In this document: in pieces, positions 59,050-64,000 of the stretch
Layout of the letters: each line of letters opens with the position of its first letter
Position numbering within the stretch: position 1 is the first letter of the stretch
Assembly: GCA_963844835.1 (NCBI GenBank)
Contig: CAWJPT010000007.1
Span: forward strand, 396,251 to 460,250
Source of the DNA: an uncultured bacterium
GTDB taxonomy: Bacteria; Actinomycetota; Acidimicrobiia; Spongiisociales; UBA5794
Length of the DNA: 64,000 nt
Direction: 5' to 3'
Made by a program: the position numbers and the translations under genes
Notes under the pieces: generated by a model
The model's input: the letters and a program-made list of their open reading frames with translations, nothing else
The model's database searches: none
Told to the model about the DNA's origin: nothing

Positions 59050-60465
59050 ATGAGCATTGGAAAAGCAGACATCGGCGTCGTCGGACTCGGCGTGATGGGG
59101 AGCAATCTCGTCCTGAATATGGCAGATCACGGCTACGTCGTCGCGGTATGGAATCGGACGACTAGCAAGGTCGACGAATTCCTGGCCGGAGAGGCTGGCG
59201 GCAGGTCTGTGATCGGGACACACAGCCTCGAGGAACTCGTGTCGCGATTGACGTCACCCCGACGCATTCTGCTCATCGTCAAGTCGGGCGCGCCCGTTGA
59301 CGCCATCATCGAACGGCTGCTGCCATTGCTCGACGACGGCGACATCATTCTCGACGGAGGCAACTCGCTCTATACAGACACGATCGAACGAGCCACACGA
59401 CTCGAGGCAGCAGGCCTCGCTTTTGTCGGCACCGGTATCTCGGGAGGCGAGGAGGGGGCAAGAACCGGTCCCTCCATCATGCCGGCAGGCACATCGAGCG
59501 CTTGGCCGCACGTCCAACCGATCCTTCAGGACATTGCCGCCAAGGTCGACGGCGTGCCGTGCTGCGACTGGATCGGCCCCGACGGAGCAGGCCACTACGT
59601 CAAGACGATCCACAACGGGATCGAGTACGGGGACATGCAGGTGCTCGCCGAGGCCTATGACATGATGCATCGGGGTCTCGGGCTGAGCCATGAGACGATG
59701 GCCGATGTGTTCACGAGGTGGGACAACGGTCCGCTCGACTCGTACCTGATAGAAATCACCGCCGACATCATGCGTGCCGTCGATGCCGACGGGTCGCCCC
59801 TGGTCGAGAACATCCTCGATCGCGCCGGACAGAAGGGAACCGGCAAGTGGGCCGTGATCTCATCGATGGAGCTAGGCCAGCCAACCACGCTCGCTGCCGC
59901 GGCCGTCTACTCCCGCATCCTCTCGTCTCTTCTCGATGAGCGTCTGGCGGCTGCGACGCTGATCCAGGGCCCTGACCCCAGGATCAGCGACGCAGCAGAC
60001 GACGTTGTCGCCGATCTGCATGATGCCGTCTATGCCTCGAAGATCGTGTCCTACGCACAGGGCTTCATGATTCTCGCCGCAGCGGGGGCGGAGCATGGCT
60101 GGGACCTCGATTTCTCCTCGATCGCCTCCATGTGGCGAGGGGGGTGCATCATCCGCTCCCGCTTTCTCGGAGAGGTCATGAAGGTATTTGCCTCTCACCG
60201 CGACCTACCGAACCTGCTGTTCAGCGACTTCTTTGCGGACGCTGTTCACCGGGCGGAGCCCGCGTGGCGACGCACAATCAGCCGTGCCGTTGCCGCCGGG
60301 ATCCCGGTGCCCGCATACAGTTCTGCGCTTGCGTTCTTCGATGGGTTCCGGTCTGCGCGGGTGCCGGCAAACCTCATTCAAGCGCAACGTGACTACTTCG
60401 GGGCCCACACCTACGAGCGGACCGACGGCAAGCGCGGAGAGTTCTTTCATACCGATTGGACCTGA
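59050..60465 (+). CDS. gnd: NADP-dependent 6-phosphogluconate dehydrogenase (decarboxylating)
   Basis: MSIGKADIGVVGLGVMGSNLVLNMADHGY, GGNSLYTD, GTGISGGEEGAR and the C-terminal RDYFGAHTYER. Confidence 0.93.
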   Translation: MSIGKADIGVVGLGVMGSNLVLNMADHGYVVAVWNRTTSKVDEFLAGEAGGRSVIGTHSLEELVSRLTSPRRILLIVKSGAPVDAIIERLLPLLDDGDIILDGGNSLYTDTIERATRLEAAGLAFVGTGISGGEEGARTGPSIMPAGTSSAWPHVQPILQDIAAKVDGVPCCDWIGPDGAGHYVKTIHNGIEYGDMQVLAEAYDMMHRGLGLSHETMADVFTRWDNGPLDSYLIEITADIMRAVDADGSPLVENILDRAGQKGTGKWAVISSMELGQPTTLAAAAVYSRILSSLLDERLAAATLIQGPDPRISDAADDVVADLHDAVYASKIVSYAQGFMILAAAGAEHGWDLDFSSIASMWRGGCIIRSRFLGEVMKVFASHRDLPNLLFSDFFADAVHRAEPAWRRTISRAVAAGIPVPAYSSALAFFDGFRSARVPANLIQAQRDYFGAHTYERTDGKRGEFFHTDWT

Positions 60466-60509
60466 AGTCCGAGCTGTGAACGGATCGCCCCCACAGCTAG
60501 AATCCACCC

Positions 60510-61268
60510 ATGTCGTCAGTGATCGCGTTCGCCAATCAGAAAGGCGGCGTTGCGAAGACAACGACCGTGCATTCACTCGGCGATGCCCTGACGGAGATGG
60601 GTCGCGCCGTGCTCATCGTCGATCTCGATCCGCAGGCGTGCCTCACCTATGCCGCCGGGATCGACAGCGACACGCTCCCTGCCACGCTCCATGATGTCTT
60701 CGCGGGAAGGACCGCAGCACGGTCGGTGCTGGTGGAACGTCCCGATGGGCCCGATCTGCTTCCCGCTTCGATCGACCTGGCCGGTGCCGAGGTCCATCTG
60801 ATGACCAAGACGGGCCGCGAGTTCGTGCTGGCAAGGGCGCTCAAGCCGCTCCGGGGCAACTACGACTACATATTGATCGACTGTGGCCCTTCCCTCGGAA
60901 TCCTCACCATCAACGGGTTGACCGCCGCCGACCACGTGATCATCCCATTCCAGTGCGACACTCTGAGCCACCGCGGGGTGGGACAGCTTCTCGATACCAT
61001 CGGGGACGTGCGCTCGTTCACGAACGACTCACTGCAGGTACTCGGCGGCATCGCCACCATGTTCGACGGGCGTACCCGCCTCGCCCACGAGGTGTTGGAA
61101 ACCGTGGCGCGCCAGTACCGGCTACGAATCTTCGAGCCTCCTGTCCCCAAGTCGGTGCGGGCAGCAGAAGCTCCCGCCCGGGGCAAGTCCGTGCTGCAGC
61201 ACGCCAAGTCCTCGAAACCGGCGGTGGCCTATCGGGCGCTGGCGCATGCCATCGAGAAGGCGCTATGA
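60510..61268 (+). CDS. ParA/Soj family ATPase
   Basis: Deviant Walker A AFANQKGGVAKTTT and the typical ParA core. TAGAAT lies 11-16 nt upstream of the ATG, so the leader may be very short or absent. Confidence 0.88.
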   Translation: MSSVIAFANQKGGVAKTTTVHSLGDALTEMGRAVLIVDLDPQACLTYAAGIDSDTLPATLHDVFAGRTAARSVLVERPDGPDLLPASIDLAGAEVHLMTKTGREFVLARALKPLRGNYDYILIDCGPSLGILTINGLTAADHVIIPFQCDTLSHRGVGQLLDTIGDVRSFTNDSLQVLGGIATMFDGRTRLAHEVLETVARQYRLRIFEPPVPKSVRAAEAPARGKSVLQHAKSSKPAVAYRALAHAIEKAL

Positions 61269-61567
61269 GCGGCGATGACCCCCTAGGCAAGAAGGCATTG
61301 TTCACCCCTCCACCGGCTCCACCTTCCGGGGGCTCCGACGACTCCCCGACCGGGAAGGGCGCTCTGTACAGCGCAGGCCCACGGCGCAAGGGAACCGTGG
61401 TAGTCGAATGCTCTCGGTGCTTGAACCACACCCGCATGAGCACGATCGAGCTCGGTGTCCGCGTCGCCTTCATCTCGCTCTGGATCCCGGGCAAGCACTA
61501 CAGCCGCTGGATGCAGTGCCCCGAGTGCCAGCGGCGCACCTGGTGCCGCGTGCACTGGTTCGGCTAG
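61265..61567 (+). CDS. small zinc-ribbon-like protein (100 aa) translationally coupled to parA-like gene
   Basis: ATGA overlap with the parA stop. MSGDDPLGKKALFTPPPAPPSGGSDD... is followed by CSRC-x...hydrophobic helix IELGVRVAFISLWIP...-CPEC. It is in frame within track ORF 60953..61567. Confidence 0.55.
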   Translation: MSGDDPLGKKALFTPPPAPPSGGSDDSPTGKGALYSAGPRRKGTVVVECSRCLNHTRMSTIELGVRVAFISLWIPGKHYSRWMQCPECQRRTWCRVHWFG

Positions 61568-61588
61568 GACGCGGGCACGCTCCCTGCG

Positions 61589-62428
61589 CTACCAGCTTCG
61601 CCATACCCCGATGGCAGTGAGCAGGACAACGCCGATCCCAGTGACCATCTGGGTCCAGCCGATGACGCGAGCCGGCACCGGTGGTCGGCGCAGCGACACA
61701 TAGGCGAGCACGGCGATCGCAGCGATCGCCACAACGGACAGCCACGGCACAATGTCGAGCGCCGCGGCCGCGACCATTGCCGCGAGCGCACCCGCACACA
61801 CCGCATAGACCCTGCTCTCACCGACCCGGCGCTCACGGACGCGTCGGATCTGAGCACGCACCAGGCTGATCGTGGTGACGCTCCGCGCGATCAACACCAA
61901 CCAGAGCCCGAAGGCGGCGGCATAAGCCCAACCATCGGCAAGGGCAATCGCAGTGGCCGTCGATCCCATTGCGATCGCCCCGGAGAGCTCGGCACGCAAC
62001 GACCTGCTCTTGCTCCTGGAATCGGCTTGCAGCGCGAGCAGAGCCGCCGGAACGGCAATCGCATAGGCAACCAGGAAACGCCGTTCCCCGGTCACCATCA
62101 CACCGGCGAGACCGGCCACGGCGATAGCGCCGTAGCCGAGCCCGAAGATGACGGCAACCTTCGTCCTCGGAAGCCAGCGATGCCGGACGAGATCGGTCAA
62201 TAGGAGCTTGATCGGCCGTCTTGCAAGAAAGACCGCTATCGCGGCAACGGCCAATCCCCATGCGGGAGCGGATGCGGCAACGAGCAATCCGAGCACGGCA
62301 GGCTCGAGCGTGAAGCCCCAGCCGCCGTGCTCAACCGGCAACGCGATACTGCGCACCGACACCCTGGCACCACCACGTTCTGGCTGCGCTGACGGAAGCA
62401 TCGGGCGCAATAGTATCGATGGTGCCAA
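61589..62428 (-). CDS. polytopic membrane protein (YwiC-like)
   Basis: 279 aa with about 8 hydrophobic helices and the N-terminal motif LPVEHGGWGFTLEP, reminiscent of the YwiC-like family. The assignment is from memory. Confidence 0.5.
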   Translation of the reverse strand: MAPSILLRPMLPSAQPERGGARVSVRSIALPVEHGGWGFTLEPAVLGLLVAASAPAWGLAVAAIAVFLARRPIKLLLTDLVRHRWLPRTKVAVIFGLGYGAIAVAGLAGVMVTGERRFLVAYAIAVPAALLALQADSRSKSRSLRAELSGAIAMGSTATAIALADGWAYAAAFGLWLVLIARSVTTISLVRAQIRRVRERRVGESRVYAVCAGALAAMVAAAALDIVPWLSVVAIAAIAVLAYVSLRRPPVPARVIGWTQMVTGIGVVLLTAIGVWRSW

Positions 62429-62449
62429 GAACAGCGAACCGGGCTGTTG

Positions 62450-63178
62450 TCAGCCGCCATCTTCGTCCGCCGTGGCGACGTGCCCGTCGTGCGGGAACTC
62501 GGCCGTGACGATGTACGTGACGTGCTCTCCGATGTTGACGGCATGATCGGCGATTCTCTCCAGGAATCGGCCGACGCGGGAAAGGCCGATTGCGACTTCG
62601 AGCCCGAGCTCGGTGCTGTGACGGCCGACCGCGGTGTAGAACTGGGAAACGAGCGCGTCGACGTCATCGTCGGCCTTGTCGAGTCTCAACCCCGCGTCTG
62701 CGGCCAGCTCGGCGAGCGCGTCGATACCCTGGCCGAACACGTTGCAGCTGGCGCTCACCGTTTCTTCGAGTAGCGGCGTGATCGCAGCATGCTGCGGAAA
62801 TCCGCTGAGCCGCTCCATCATCTTCACACAGTTGTAGGCGAGGTCACCGGATCGCTCCAGCTCATACAGGATGCGGGTTGCAGACACCAGGAATCTCAGG
62901 TCGCCCGCCACGGGCTGCTGGCGTGCCAACGTGCCGAAGGTCAGCCTCTCGGTCTCGAGATACATACGATCTACCTGATCGTCGACACGTCGGACCTCTT
63001 CGATGAGCTCCATCCGCCCCTCCACCATCGCAGAGCCGGCGAGCCGAACGTTCTCGAGGACTACCGAGCCCATGGTGATCAGCTGTTGCTGGATGGTGTG
63101 GAGCTGCTCCTGGAAGTGGTGCCGACCCCGTTCGCTCATCATTGGGGTCTCGGTGCCCAGTCTGCGTTGTGTCGTCAT
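62450..63178 (-). CDS. phoU: phosphate signaling complex protein PhoU
   Basis: Two PhoU repeats (D..VD..Y......LARQQPVAGDLR and FLERIADHAVNIGE). The start MTTQRRLG at 63176-63178 is preceded by GGGGGAGAG. The longer track ORF overlaps pstB. Confidence 0.88.
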   Translation of the reverse strand: MTTQRRLGTETPMMSERGRHHFQEQLHTIQQQLITMGSVVLENVRLAGSAMVEGRMELIEEVRRVDDQVDRMYLETERLTFGTLARQQPVAGDLRFLVSATRILYELERSGDLAYNCVKMMERLSGFPQHAAITPLLEETVSASCNVFGQGIDALAELAADAGLRLDKADDDVDALVSQFYTAVGRHSTELGLEVAIGLSRVGRFLERIADHAVNIGEHVTYIVTAEFPHDGHVATADEDGG

Positions 63179-63191
63179 GCTCTCCCCCCGA

Positions 63192-63962
63192 TCAGCCGAA
63201 GCGGCCTGTGATGTAGTCCTCAGTTGCCTTCTCTCTTGGCGAGGTGAACAGCTCGTCCGTTGGACTGAATTCGACGAGGTTTCCGGTCCGCTGGCCCCTG
63301 TCATTCAATTCGACGTTGAAGAAAGCCGTCATGTCGGAGACACGGGCCGCCTGCTGCATATTGTGCGTGACGATGATGATCGAGTAGTTCTCCTTGAGCT
63401 CCATCATCAGCTCCTCGATGCGAAGCGTCGCAATCGGGTCGAGAGCCGAACAGGGCTCGTCCATGAGAAGGACATCCGGGCTGGTCGCAATGGCCCGGGC
63501 GATACAGAGCCTCTGCTGCTGGCCACCGGAGAGGGCGTACGCTGAATCCTGCAGCTTGTCTTTCACCTCGTCCCAGAGTGCCGCCTTCCGCAACGATTCC
63601 TCGATCAGCTCATCCATGTTGCCCTTGAACCCGCTGATCTTCGGGCCGAACGCGATGTTCTCATATATGGATTTGGGGAATGGGTTCGGCTTCTGGAACA
63701 CCATCCCGATCCTGCGCCGGATCTCAACCGGGTCGATGCCACCGTCGTAGATATTCTCGCCGTGATAGGTGACCGAGCCGGTGACCTTGGCCCCTGCAAT
63801 CAGATCATTCATCCGGTTGAGCGAGCGGAGAGCGGTCGATTTGCCGCATCCCGACGGCCCGATGAGAGCGGTGATCTCACGAGCGCTGAAGTCGATGTCC
63901 ATCGGATTGATGGCACGGAAGTCCCCGTAGTAGACCTCCATGCCCCTGGTGGCCATGACCAC
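63192..63962 (-). CDS. pstB: phosphate ABC transporter ATP-binding protein PstB
   Basis: Walker [13 protein letters not shown] signature [14 protein letters not shown], Walker [12 protein letters not shown], and the PstB-specific C-terminus [10 protein letters not shown]. Confidence 0.93.
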   Translation of the reverse strand: MVMATRGMEVYYGDFRAINPMDIDFSAREITALIGPSGCGKSTALRSLNRMNDLIAGAKVTGSVTYHGENIYDGGIDPVEIRRRIGMVFQKPNPFPKSIYENIAFGPKISGFKGNMDELIEESLRKAALWDEVKDKLQDSAYALSGGQQQRLCIARAIATSPDVLLMDEPCSALDPIATLRIEELMMELKENYSIIIVTHNMQQAARVSDMTAFFNVELNDRGQRTGNLVEFSPTDELFTSPREKATEDYITGRFG

Positions 63963-64000
63963 CTCGCCGGCAGTGCTCGATGATGCCCTGGCCGCGGGCG

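Noticed and set aside
63963-64000. Possible 3-prime end of pstA upstream of pstB
   Set aside because: Only 38 nt are available and no stop codon or diagnostic motif is visible in any frame, so it cannot be supported.
1-64000. CRISPR arrays, rRNA genes, prophage, toxin-antitoxin or known defence cassettes
   Set aside because: None was detected on reading both strands. The only regularly spaced repeats are intragenic (the giant ORF duplication, the poly-Thr tract and the coiled-coil motifs).

Overview
High-GC actinobacterial chromosomal segment. Lineage markers are a WhiB1-like regulator, DUF3107, and the argS-lysA-hom-thrC-rho-rpmE order known from Mycobacterium, here without thrB. Most of the window is housekeeping backbone: DUF1385, L31, Rho, ThrC, Hom, LysA, ArgS, tRNA-Arg(CCG), Ku plus a ligase-only ATP-dependent DNA ligase, Mrp/ApbC, aconitase, RlmN, Bcp, GalU, transaldolase, ornithine aminotransferase, Gnd, PhoU and PstB. 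The non-routine content is as follows. (1) An IS481-family element sits between tRNA-Arg and its apparent terminator. Next to it is a 7.9-kb gene for a ~2,634-aa secreted multi-domain protein (PD40/TolB-like and NHL-like propellers, PKD domains) that carries a 628-bp near-perfect internal duplication and is bracketed by two copies of the same 25-nt GC-rich hairpin. (2) Two adjacent giant Ala/Glu-rich coiled-coil proteins (~1,074 aa with a DivIVA N-domain, and 1,201 aa) are followed by a PrsA-like lipoprotein. (3) The exact 10-nt palindrome TGACTAGTCA occurs three times, always intergenic. The sites lie upstream of the giant secreted protein gene, a PAS-GAF histidine kinase and the DivIVA/coiled-coil operon, so this is a candidate operator for an unassigned regulon. 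(4) A perfect TGTGA-N6-TCACA CRP/GlxR-type site lies upstream of whiB. (5) At least 20 reading-frame breaks occur, strongly clustered: at least 7 in hom, at least 4 in the IS transposase and 3 in rlmN, while 2.7-7.9-kb neighbouring ORFs are intact. This looks like local consensus/assembly error rather than decay, but it needs read-level verification. No rRNA, CRISPR array or recognisable defence, toxin-antitoxin or prophage module was seen. Many long ORFs in the six-frame track are antisense shadow ORFs typical of high-GC DNA and were rejected.
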